DNA of 64,000 nucleotides from Methylovirgula sp. (GTDB lineage: Bacteria > Pseudomonadota > Alphaproteobacteria > Rhizobiales > Beijerinckiaceae), in assembly GCA_035266305.1 (NCBI GenBank), contig DATFNQ010000132.1, positions 13,753 through 77,752 of the forward strand, in the 5' to 3' direction. The position numbers were made by a program, and so were the translations under genes. How positions within the stretch are numbered: the first letter of the stretch is position 1; each line of letters begins with the position of its first letter. Positions 1-8,087 of this stretch are shown here, piece after piece. Below the pieces are notes generated by a model. It did no database searches. It was not told the origin of the DNA and saw only the letters and a list, made by a program, of their open reading frames with translations.

Positions 1-1
1 G

Positions 2-358
2 GTGAAGACGGAAGATCTCTTCGGTCGCGTCCGGGACGTGCCGACCTACAAGGAGGATTTGCCGGGCGGCGTTTCGCACACGATCATTCAAATCGAAGGG
101 GACAACGGCTTCTACGACAACACCGGAATCTATAAGGTCCCGCCCGATGATTATTTCATGATGGGCGACAACCGCGACAATTCCACCGACAGCCGCGTGC
201 CTCCGGATGAGGGCGGCGTCGGCTATGTTCCGGCCGAAGACCTCGTCGGCCGCGCCGAATTGATCTTCTTCTCCGTCAAGAAGGGTGCGCCCGCTTGGGC
301 CTTTTGGGAATGGCCCTGGACAGTGCGTTGGGAGCGGCTGTTCCAACCCGTGAGATAG
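2..358 (+). CDS. lepB: Signal peptidase I, C-terminal part (truncated by window edge)
   Basis: YFMMGDNRDNSTDSR motif; lepB-rnc-era synteny. Confidence 0.95.
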   Translation: MKTEDLFGRVRDVPTYKEDLPGGVSHTIIQIEGDNGFYDNTGIYKVPPDDYFMMGDNRDNSTDSRVPPDEGGVGYVPAEDLVGRAELIFFSVKKGAPAWAFWEWPWTVRWERLFQPVR

Positions 359-1054
359 ATGGCGCAAAGGACCCTCGACATAGATCCGCTCGAGGCGCGC
401 ATCGGGCATAAGTTCGCCAATCGCGATCTTGCTGTCCTCGCGCTCACCCATATGAGCGGCGCGAGCGGCCGGCGCGAAAGCTATCAGCGGCTTGAATTCC
501 TCGGCGACAGGGTTCTCGGCCTTGTCGTCGCAGAGATGCTCTACGCGAGCTTTCCGAACGCGGAGGAAGGGGAATTGTCGCGCCGGCTCGCCGATCTCGT
601 GCGGCGCGAAAGCTGCGCCGAGGTCGCCCGCGAATGGGGAGTCGAATCCCACGTCCGGCTCGGCGAAGGCGAGAGGCAGGTCGGCAACAAGGTCACGATC
701 CTTTCGGATGTTTGCGAGTCGCTCATCGGCGCGGTCTTTCTCGACGCCGGCTATGCGGCGGCTAAAGACGTGGTCGTCAGCGCCTTCGAGCCGCTCATGC
801 GGGCGCCGCGCCGGCCCTTGCGCGATCCGAAGACCGCCTTGCAGGAATGGGCGCAGGCGCGCGGCCTCGAGGCGCCGCTCTACCGCGAGGTCGGCCGCGC
901 CGGGCCGCATCATGCGCCGGAATTCACGATGTCGGTCATCGTTGCAGGCTTCGAGCCCGTCGAGGCGAAGGGCGCATCGAAACGCGGCGCCGAACAGGCC
1001 GCCGCGCTTCAATTTATCGCCCGCGAAGGCATAAGCGCCGGCGAACAGCAATGA
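359..1054 (+). CDS. rnc: Ribonuclease III
   Basis: YQRLEFLGDRVLGL signature; C-terminal dsRBD (DPKTALQEWAQ). Confidence 0.97.
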   Translation: MAQRTLDIDPLEARIGHKFANRDLAVLALTHMSGASGRRESYQRLEFLGDRVLGLVVAEMLYASFPNAEEGELSRRLADLVRRESCAEVAREWGVESHVRLGEGERQVGNKVTILSDVCESLIGAVFLDAGYAAAKDVVVSAFEPLMRAPRRPLRDPKTALQEWAQARGLEAPLYREVGRAGPHHAPEFTMSVIVAGFEPVEAKGASKRGAEQAAALQFIAREGISAGEQQ

Positions 1055-1064
1055 CGCTCGCGCT

Positions 1065-1985
1065 ATGAGCGAAGTTTCCGTTGATCAAACGCCCCGGCGC
1101 TGCGGTTTCGTCGCCCTCGTCGGCGCGCCCAATGCCGGCAAATCCACTCTGCTCAATTCCCTCGTCGGCGCCAAAATATCGATCGTCTCGCGCAAGGTGC
1201 AGACGACGCGCACGCTGGTGCGCGGCATTGCCATCGAAAGCGATGCGCAGATCATTTTCGTCGACACGCCCGGCATTTTTGCCCCGCGCCGGCGGCTCGA
1301 CCGCGCCATGGTCGCATCCGCCTGGGGCGGGGCGGCGGATGCCGATGTCGTGGCGCTGCTCGTCGATGCGCGCAAGGGGATCGATGCGGAGGTCGAGGCG
1401 ATCGTCGCCAAGCTCGCCTCAGCCGCGGCGACTCGGATTCTCGTGCTGAATAAGATCGACCTCGTCGCGCGGCCGAAACTGCTTGAGCTTGCCGCCGCGC
1501 TCAATGCGAAACTCGCCTTCGCCGAGACTTTCATGATCTCGGCCCTGACCGGCGACGGGACCCAGCATTTGAAGGAAAGGCTCGCGGGTTTGATGCCGCC
1601 GGGGCCCTGGCTCTATCCGGAAGATCAGATCTCGGATGCGCCTATCCGGGCGCTTGCCGCCGAGATCACCCGTGAAAAGATCTTCGACCGGCTGCACGAC
1701 GAACTGCCCTATCAGACGACCGTCGAGACGCAGGCCTGGACCGACAGGAAGGATGGCTCGGCGCGGGTCGAGCAGACGATCTATGTCGCGCGAGAGGCGC
1801 ACAAGAAGATCGTCATTGGCGAAAAGGGGCGTACGATCAAAGCGATCGGCACTGCGGCGCGGAAGGAGATCGAGGCTGCGGCGGAGCAGAAGATCCACCT
1901 CTTTCTGTTCGTCAAGGTGCGCGAGAAATGGCTCGACGATCCGGAGCGCTACCGCGAGATGGGGCTGGAATTTCCGAAAGAGTGA
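1065..1985 (+). CDS. era: GTPase Era
   Basis: GAPNAGKS, DTPG, NKID motifs; KH domain VIGEKG. Confidence 0.97.
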   Translation: MSEVSVDQTPRRCGFVALVGAPNAGKSTLLNSLVGAKISIVSRKVQTTRTLVRGIAIESDAQIIFVDTPGIFAPRRRLDRAMVASAWGGAADADVVALLVDARKGIDAEVEAIVAKLASAAATRILVLNKIDLVARPKLLELAAALNAKLAFAETFMISALTGDGTQHLKERLAGLMPPGPWLYPEDQISDAPIRALAAEITREKIFDRLHDELPYQTTVETQAWTDRKDGSARVEQTIYVAREAHKKIVIGEKGRTIKAIGTAARKEIEAAAEQKIHLFLFVKVREKWLDDPERYREMGLEFPKE

Positions 1986-2032
1986 GAGCGCTCTCGCGCC
2001 GGACAGAGGCGAAGCGAATCGAGGGCGCGCCT

Positions 2033-2209
2033 ACCTTCTCCCTGTGGGCGCCATAGGACGCGCTTCGCGCGCCTGTCACGCTATTGAACGCCCGCCGCTT
2101 TGCGGCGGGCTATGGCGGGGCGGATGAGGGGTTACAATCTCGCCGATATTGCACCATCCTAACCCCTCACCGCCGCCTTCGGCGGCACCCTCTCCCTCTG
2201 GGAGAAGGT
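2033..2209. repeat. Rhizobial palindromic intergenic repeat (CCTTCTCCC...GGGAGAAGG type, MITE/REP-like) with nested GCCATAG...CTATGGC unit
   Basis: Terminal inverted repeats ACCTTCTCCC / GGGAGAAGGT; internal hairpins CCCGCCGC-TTT-GCGGCGGG and GCCGCC-TTC-GGCGGC; related units at 15007 and 32648. Confidence 0.7.
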
Positions 2210-2320
2210 TCGCGGGTGGTTGACGGCGGCCTGGAAGCACGTGGTCCAGTCGCAAGCAGCGGTGCAATGGCGGAGGGGAGGGCTCCGGCATTGCGGCGCT
2301 GGGGACTGGCTCTTCTACGC

Positions 2321-2353
2321 AAAAAAAGTGGAGCTCGGCTTGCCGAACTCCGC
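2321..2353 (-). terminator. Rho-independent terminator downstream of pqqA
   Basis: Minus strand GCGGAGTTCGGC-AA-GCCGAGCTCCAC followed by T7. Confidence 0.8.
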
Positions 2354-2412
2354 TCTCTCAATTCATCTCGGGTGCCCTCGCCAAGCGAGCGGCACCAGCG
2401 TCACGGCCCGAT

Positions 2413-2490
2413 TCAGAGCTCGCTTGACTCGTAAGCGGTGACTTCCATGCCGACGCAGATTTCGCAAACAATCGGGGTTGACCAAGCCAT
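2413..2490 (-). CDS. pqqA: Pyrroloquinoline quinone precursor peptide PqqA (25 aa, MAWSTPIVCEICVGMEVTAYESSEL); not in ORF track
   Basis: Hand translation; AGGAGA SD 5 nt before ATG; W-x-x-P...GME-x-x-x-Y signature with the Glu/Tyr pair; resembles Methylobacterium-type PqqA; terminator downstream. Confidence 0.93.
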   Translation of the reverse strand: MAWSTPIVCEICVGMEVTAYESSEL

Positions 2491-2598
2491 GATATTCTCC
2501 TGTTAAAATCTTCCCGACTCGGGCGCCCCCTTGGGTCGCCCTGTGAGACTGGATGTGGGCCTACACTATTCAGCGGCAAGAAGAAGTGGTCAGGGCTT

Positions 2599-2627
2599 GG
2601 CAAGAATAATGTAAGATCTATGTAAGA
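2599..2627. promoter_or_regulatory. Three direct repeats at 11-bp phasing (GGCAAGA 2599, TGTAAGA 2610, TGTAAGA 2621); candidate OmpR/PhoB-family binding site
   Basis: Repeats seen in sequence; 11-bp tandem half-sites are typical of OmpR/PhoB regulators; lies between pqqA and the divergent two-component pair. Confidence 0.6.
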
Positions 2628-2662
2628 AACGTCCGTGCGTGGCGACATTCTCATCAGTCTTG

Positions 2663-2722
2663 CAGAAGGCGCCGAAATCCGCTTGACGGGGCCAGGAGGC
2701 GCCGAAATCCGCTTGACGGGGC
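2663..2722 (+). repeat. 30-bp tandem duplication (2 copies, 1 mismatch) containing TTGACG
   Basis: CAGAAGGCGCCGAAATCCGCTTGACGGGGC / CAGGAGGCGCCGAAATCCGCTTGACGGGGC. Confidence 0.95.
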
Positions 2723-2795
2723 ATCGCCGTCGCCGTGGATATGGGCGAGCTTTGCAGTCTGGCCGTCATTTGAGGCCGCAGCCGTCTCGGCGCCC

Positions 2796-4439
2796 ATGAT
2801 ATCCGAAAAATCTTCCGGGCTGCCGGTCTCCACGCTGCCAGGAGAGATGAGAGGTTTACGCGCGGATATGAACAAGGAGTCCTTCAGGCGCCGCGCCTTC
2901 CTGCTCGGCCGGCCGCAGAGGCCCGGCATCTGGCGCACGGTTGCCTGGTTCGCGGTGCTTCTGGCCTTGCCGCTGGTCGTGTTCGGCATCTTTGCCGCCT
3001 ATCTCATCGATGCCGATTATGCGGTCACCCGGACCAGAGAGGTGGCCCAGGCAGCACAGAAAGTGGCGGCGCTCGGCACGGTCGCAAACAACGCGATCGA
3101 TGCCAAGGCCGAACACGCGGTCGTGCAGATTCGCGACGCGCTGGCGAGCGGCCAGGATATGCTGCGCAACGTGCGGGTCGCGGGTTTCGTCAATGAGGTT
3201 CGCTTCATCTTCATTCATTACCCTGACGGTCGCGTCATGCCGCTCGGGATCGGTACCTTGGAGACGGAGAATGACTTGATGCGCCGCGTCGGCGGGGCAA
3301 TCTCCACGGTGCGTTCGGAACTGTCGAACGTGACCGGATCGGTATCCCCGAAGGTCGGGATCTGGACGGTCGGCGACACGCTCATTTCCTTCGTTTATTG
3401 CGAGCGCGACCTGGATATGCGCGACATCTGCGTCACCTTCGATGAGATTACGCTCGACCCGGTGCTGGAAGAGGCGCTCGACTCCGCCACGGCGAAAATC
3501 GACGACCGGCTGATCGTTCTTCGCGATCCGGCCGGCCGCGCGCTCTGGAGCCATGGGCCGACTTCGCTCAGCACCTCGACCATCGCCGAACTCACCGGAT
3601 CGATGCGCGGCTGGCACATGGAAAGCTCGACGCCAACGGGCACGCATCGCGGATTGCTGCCGTTGACTGCGATCACCATTCCCTTGATCGGTTGCTGGCT
3701 CATTCTCGTCTGGTACATGTATCGCAACCAGCAGGCGCGCCTCATGGAGACTACATTTCGGAGCGAGATGACCGCCAGACTTTCGCATGATCTGCGCACG
3801 CCGATCGCCAATTTGCGCCTCTATGCCGAGCTTGTCTCGCGCCGCGCCGGCGATGCGGCAGCGGTGCGGGGCTATTCGAACGTCTTGAGCGCCGAGATCG
3901 AGCGCCTCGCTTTGCTCGCCGACAATACGATCATCTACGGCCGGACCGCCGCGCCGGCGCCGATCCGCCTCGACGAGGCGGTGCCGGACGCCGTGCTCGA
4001 TTCAACGATCGAGCGATATCAAAATCTATTCGCAGCCACGGGCTCGACGATCGGGGTCGAGCACAATGCGCCGCAGGCCGGTCGTTTCGACCGGATGGGA
4101 TTTGAGCGCATCTTGATCAATCTTCTCGATAACGCCAGCAAATATGCGCCGGGGCGAATCGAGGTTGCGACACGCGAGCAAGACGGGATGCTCTACCTCA
4201 GCGTCCGCGATCATGGACCGGGCCTTGATACCGCATCCAAGGAGCAACTACTCGCGCCCAATCTCGCCGCCGGCGGCGCGAAAGACGGTTTCGGCCTCGG
4301 ACTGGTCGTCGTTCGCGAACTCGCCGGAGCTAACGGCGGCAAGCTCACGATCGAAGATGCCGATCCAGGCATGCGCCTGACCGTGTCGATGAGGATCGTC
4401 GTGGCGGCAAGCGCGCAGGAGGCCAAATGTCCATCTTGA
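2796..4439 (+). CDS. Membrane sensor histidine kinase (start may be 2847 or 2868)
   Basis: Two TM segments around a periplasmic region; H-box LSHDLRTP, N-box NLLDNASKY, G1 DHGPG, G2 GFGLGL. Confidence 0.92.
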   Translation: MISEKSSGLPVSTLPGEMRGLRADMNKESFRRRAFLLGRPQRPGIWRTVAWFAVLLALPLVVFGIFAAYLIDADYAVTRTREVAQAAQKVAALGTVANNAIDAKAEHAVVQIRDALASGQDMLRNVRVAGFVNEVRFIFIHYPDGRVMPLGIGTLETENDLMRRVGGAISTVRSELSNVTGSVSPKVGIWTVGDTLISFVYCERDLDMRDICVTFDEITLDPVLEEALDSATAKIDDRLIVLRDPAGRALWSHGPTSLSTSTIAELTGSMRGWHMESSTPTGTHRGLLPLTAITIPLIGCWLILVWYMYRNQQARLMETTFRSEMTARLSHDLRTPIANLRLYAELVSRRAGDAAAVRGYSNVLSAEIERLALLADNTIIYGRTAAPAPIRLDEAVPDAVLDSTIERYQNLFAATGSTIGVEHNAPQAGRFDRMGFERILINLLDNASKYAPGRIEVATREQDGMLYLSVRDHGPGLDTASKEQLLAPNLAAGGAKDGFGLGLVVVRELAGANGGKLTIEDADPGMRLTVSMRIVVAASAQEAKCPS

Positions 4440-5128
4440 TCGCCGAGGACGATCCGCATCTGCGCGCCGGAATCGTCGATCTGCTGAGCCTCGAAGGGTT
4501 CCAATGCCAGATCGCCGATGACGGCGCCAAGGCCCTCGCCTTGTTTCAAGCCGCAAAGCCGGAGATCTGCGTTCTCGACGTCATGATGCCGGTAATGGAC
4601 GGACTGACGCTCTGCCGCGAGATTCGGCGCATCGACCCGCTCGTTCCGATTCTGCTTCTGTCGGCGCGCGGCGAAGAGATTGATCGCGTGCGCGGATTGG
4701 AGATCGGCGCCGACGACTACGTCGCCAAGCCTTTCAGCGCGCGCGAACTGGTCGCCCGAATCAAGGCGGCGCTGCGCCGCACGAAAGTCCAGGGGGCGCC
4801 GGCGCGAACCGAGCCGGATGGGCGGCTGCGGATGGGCGATCTCGAAATCGACCAGAAGGCGATGCGCGCCTATCGCGGCGAGCAGCGGATCGATTTGACG
4901 AGCCGCGAGGTCGCCATCCTCGCCGCGCTTTATGAGAGGCGCGGCCAGGCCGTGTCCCGCGACGAATTGTTCGACCTCTGTTGGGGGCGCGATTATATGC
5001 CCAACAGCCGGGCGCTCGACCAATACGTCTCGGCGCTGCGCAAGAAGATCGAGGTCGATCCGGCCTCGCCGCGCATCATCCGCACCGTCCACGGCGTCGG
5101 CTATCGCTACGACGAGGACGTCGAGTAA
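4427..5128 (+). CDS. OmpR/PhoB-family response regulator
   Basis: EDD...LDVMMP...GADDYVAKPF receiver; winged-helix end IRTVHGVGYRY; overlaps kinase stop. Confidence 0.95.
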   Translation: MSILIAEDDPHLRAGIVDLLSLEGFQCQIADDGAKALALFQAAKPEICVLDVMMPVMDGLTLCREIRRIDPLVPILLLSARGEEIDRVRGLEIGADDYVAKPFSARELVARIKAALRRTKVQGAPARTEPDGRLRMGDLEIDQKAMRAYRGEQRIDLTSREVAILAALYERRGQAVSRDELFDLCWGRDYMPNSRALDQYVSALRKKIEVDPASPRIIRTVHGVGYRYDEDVE

Positions 5129-5150
5129 GCCGCGGCCGAGATGAAACCGC

Positions 5151-5245
5151 ATGGAATGGCGCGATCAAGGTCTGATCATAGGGGTCAGAAAACATGGCGA
5201 GACGAGCGTCCTCGTTGAGGCGATGACGCTGTCGCATGGCCGCCA
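5151..5245 (+). pseudogene. Duplicated 5' end of recO (about 31 codons), diverging afterwards
   Basis: 87/95 nt identical to 7345-7439 by manual count; MEWRDQGLIIGVRKHGETSVLVEAMTLSHGR. Confidence 0.9.
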
Positions 5246-5269
5246 ACGATTAGCGCATGCCATTGATGA

Positions 5270-5435
5270 GACATCGGATATATCCGATGTCCAAAACCGA
5301 AAAAGTTGGAGAGACTTTGCCAAGGATGATATGCTTGCGCTTATTGACTCTGAATGGGTTTTCAGATCGGATGATGCCGCCCGATCTGAAAACGCTCTAG
5401 TTCATTTTTTTACCGCGTTATCTGCGCGGTAAAAA
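5270..5435. repeat. Cluster of three palindromes right after the recO fragment
   Basis: GACATCGGATATATCCGATGTC (5270-5291); GTTTTCAGATCGG-N10-CCGATCTGAAAAC (5358-5393); TTTTTACCGCG-N7-CGCGGTAAAAA (5407-5435). Confidence 0.75.
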
Positions 5436-5582
5436 GTTCGACTGCCAAAGTGATACTCGGCCACCCACCCTGCGGCGGGCGCGATGTGTCGAATCCCTCA
5501 CGTCTCGGTGTCGGGGGGGCCTAGCGCAATCTCGGCTTAAGATGGCCCCAGGGATCCGCCGCTTACTTGGGGGACAGCGAAA

Positions 5583-7187
5583 TTGACCAAAGTTCTCCTC
5601 GTCTTTCCGCAATTCAATCCGAACTCGTTCTGGAGTTTCCGCGGCGCCTGCGAGATTCAGGGCGCCCGTTGCCCGGCGCCACCACTCGGTCTGATCACCC
5701 TTGCCGCTCTGCTGCCGCAGACGTGGACGTTTCGGGTCGTTGATAAAAATGCCGAGACGCTGAGCGATACCGATTTGGACTGGGCCGATCTTGTGATGAC
5801 GGGCGGCATGCTGCCTCAGCAGCCCGACACGCTCGCCATGATCGATAGAGCGAAGGCGTTCGGCAAGCCGGTTTGCGTCGGGGGTCCCGATCCGACATCG
5901 AGTCCGCATGTCTATGCGGAGGCCGATTTCATGGTCCTCGGCGAGGCCGAAGGCATTATCGACGAATTTGTCGCGGCTTGGGACGCCGGTGCCCGCTCCG
6001 GCCATTTCGAAGCCGAGAAGTTCCGCGTCGATGTGACGATGAGCCCGGTGCCGCGCTACGATCTTTTGACCTTCGACTATTATCTTTTCGTCGGCCTGCA
6101 ATTTTCCCGCGGGTGCCCTTTCAATTGTGAATTTTGCGATATTATCGAACTCTACGGCCAAGTGCCGCGCGCCAAAACCAATGAGCAAATGCTGAAAGAG
6201 CTGGATCGGCTCTATGCCCTCGGCTTTCGCGGGCACCTCGATTTCGTCGACGATAATCTGATCGGCAACAAGAAGGCTTTGAAACGCTTTCTGCCGGCCT
6301 TGGAGGATTGGCAGCAACGCCGGAACTATCCGTTCAGATTCTCGACCGAGGCCTCGATCAATTTGGCCGATGACGCCGAGCTTTTGTCGATGCTGCGCGC
6401 GGCCAATTTCCATGCCGTGTTCATCGGCATCGAGAGCCCTGATACGACGACGCTCATCGCGATGCAAAAGAAGCAGAATACCCGCCGCAGCCTGGAAGAG
6501 AGCATCTTCAAGATCTATTCTGCGGGCCTTTTCGTTTTTGCTGGATTCATCATCGGATTCGACACCGACCAAGACGGCGTCGCCGGCGCGATGATCGAAT
6601 GTATCGAGGCAACCAGCATTCCGGTCTGCATGGTCGGGCTCTTGACGGCGCTCCCCAATACGCAATTGACGCGGCGGCTCGAACGAGAAGCGCGCCTCTA
6701 CCCTGGATATGATGCAACGGCACCTGAGTGCGGCGACCAATGTACCGCTGGATTGAACTTCATCACGATCCGGTCGCGCCGCGAAATTTTACACGATTAC
6801 AAGGACGTCCTGGCCAATGTTTACCGGCCCGAGGCGTTTTTCGCGCGGGTGCTGAAAGTCGGCCTTGTGCTGAGGATTCCGAAATTCGGCATCAAGCCGT
6901 ATGCCAGAGATCTGAGGATTTTGGTGCGCTTGATTTGGCGATTGGCGACACGCGAGCCGAAGCTCCGTGCACCTGTGTGGCGCAGCATTCGCGCCTGCGT
7001 TCGCACCAATCCGACCGCTCTCCAATTTGTCCTCACGATGATGGTGCTTTATCTCCACCTTGGTCCTTTCGCCGCGCATCTCATCGCCGCGCTCGAGCGT
7101 CAGATCGCGGCGATCGATGCCGGCGAATGGGACAGGGCGCAGGGAACAGGGCAAAGGGCGCTCGGTGCGGTCGCGGCGTCGATTTAG
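5583..7187 (+). CDS. B12-binding radical SAM protein (DUF4070-type, HpnP-related paralog), TTG start
   Basis: PPLGLITLAALLP cobalamin-binding N-terminus; RGCPFNCEFC CxxxCxxC; FVDDNLIGNK; lacks the PPQGL and SGMHIQ motifs I recall for HpnP. Confidence 0.88.
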   Translation: MTKVLLVFPQFNPNSFWSFRGACEIQGARCPAPPLGLITLAALLPQTWTFRVVDKNAETLSDTDLDWADLVMTGGMLPQQPDTLAMIDRAKAFGKPVCVGGPDPTSSPHVYAEADFMVLGEAEGIIDEFVAAWDAGARSGHFEAEKFRVDVTMSPVPRYDLLTFDYYLFVGLQFSRGCPFNCEFCDIIELYGQVPRAKTNEQMLKELDRLYALGFRGHLDFVDDNLIGNKKALKRFLPALEDWQQRRNYPFRFSTEASINLADDAELLSMLRAANFHAVFIGIESPDTTTLIAMQKKQNTRRSLEESIFKIYSAGLFVFAGFIIGFDTDQDGVAGAMIECIEATSIPVCMVGLLTALPNTQLTRRLEREARLYPGYDATAPECGDQCTAGLNFITIRSRREILHDYKDVLANVYRPEAFFARVLKVGLVLRIPKFGIKPYARDLRILVRLIWRLATREPKLRAPVWRSIRACVRTNPTALQFVLTMMVLYLHLGPFAAHLIAALERQIAAIDAGEWDRAQGTGQRALGAVAASI

Positions 7188-7344
7188 AGTATGCTCCAGG
7201 CTTGGACAGAGGTCTCGTCGGCGGGGACGGCGGCGGCCTCAGTTGTGCCGCCCTGAAACGTAAGGCGCGACTGCGTCAGACAACGAAATCCTGGGCACGC
7301 ATCGCGGGACACCGGGGCTTTCCTCTTCACATTCTGATTTTCCC

Positions 7345-8073
7345 ATGGAATGGCGCGACCAAGGTCTGATCATAGGGGTCAGAAAACATGCCGAGACGAA
7401 CGTCATCCTCGAAGCGATGACGGTGTCGCATGGCCGCCATTTCGGCCTCGTGAGGGGCGGCCGGTCGCGGCGCATGCAACCCACGCTGCAGCCCGGCAAT
7501 CATGTTTCGCTCACCTGGCGGGCGCGGCTTGACGAGCATTTGGGGCTCTATGCGGTCGAGGTGACGGAACCGCGCGCCGGCCGGCTCATGGCGAGCGCCG
7601 CGGCCCTGCATGGCCTCAATCTTCTCGCAGCCCTGCTGCGGCTTCTCGCCGAGCGCGATCCGCATGCGGGGCTTTACGAGGCGGCCTCGTTCGTCGCCGA
7701 TCATCTCGATGACGAGAACATCGCGCCGGCCCTTCTGGTGCGCTTCGAACTCGCCGTTCTTGCCGAGCTCGGCTTTGGGCTAGACCTCTCGCGCTGCGCC
7801 GCGACTGGCGCGACCGAGGATTTGATCTATGTTTCGCCGAAGACCGGGCGCGCCGTGTCGCGCGAGGCCGGCGCGCCCTATCAAGACAGGCTCCTGCGCC
7901 TGCCGGGCTTCTTGCGCGGCGACGCCGTCGGCGAAAACCCCGCGCCGTCCGATCTGCGCGACGGGTTCGAGCTGACCGCTTATTTTCTCCAACGCGATGT
8001 CTTCGGACCACGCGGGCTTAATCTGCCCGATACGCGCCGCGCTTATCTGTCGGAACTGGCGAAAATCTGCTGA
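7345..8073 (+). CDS. recO: DNA repair protein RecO
   Basis: LQPGNHV, ELGFGLDLSRCAATG, YVSPKTGRAVS motifs; era-recO-parC synteny. Confidence 0.95.
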   Translation: MEWRDQGLIIGVRKHAETNVILEAMTVSHGRHFGLVRGGRSRRMQPTLQPGNHVSLTWRARLDEHLGLYAVEVTEPRAGRLMASAAALHGLNLLAALLRLLAERDPHAGLYEAASFVADHLDDENIAPALLVRFELAVLAELGFGLDLSRCAATGATEDLIYVSPKTGRAVSREAGAPYQDRLLRLPGFLRGDAVGENPAPSDLRDGFELTAYFLQRDVFGPRGLNLPDTRRAYLSELAKIC

Positions 8074-8087
8074 CGGTCGGCGACAGA

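Noticed and set aside
2663-2722. CRISPR array
   Set aside because: Two abutting copies with no spacers and no cas genes; no CRISPR array seen anywhere in the window.
2358-2989. Minus-strand ORFs of 98 and 111 aa, including the APSSGFRRLL repeat
   Set aside because: They overlap pqqA in another frame or the kinase start; the peptide repeat just reflects the 30-bp DNA duplication.
5151-5432. 93-aa ORF as a functional RecO paralog
   Set aside because: Only the first ~31 codons are RecO-like; the rest reads through palindromic repeat DNA.
5583-7187. Calling the radical SAM gene hpnP or pqqE
   Set aside because: It has a B12-binding domain and no SPASM cysteines, so it is not PqqE; its motifs differ from HpnP as I recall them.
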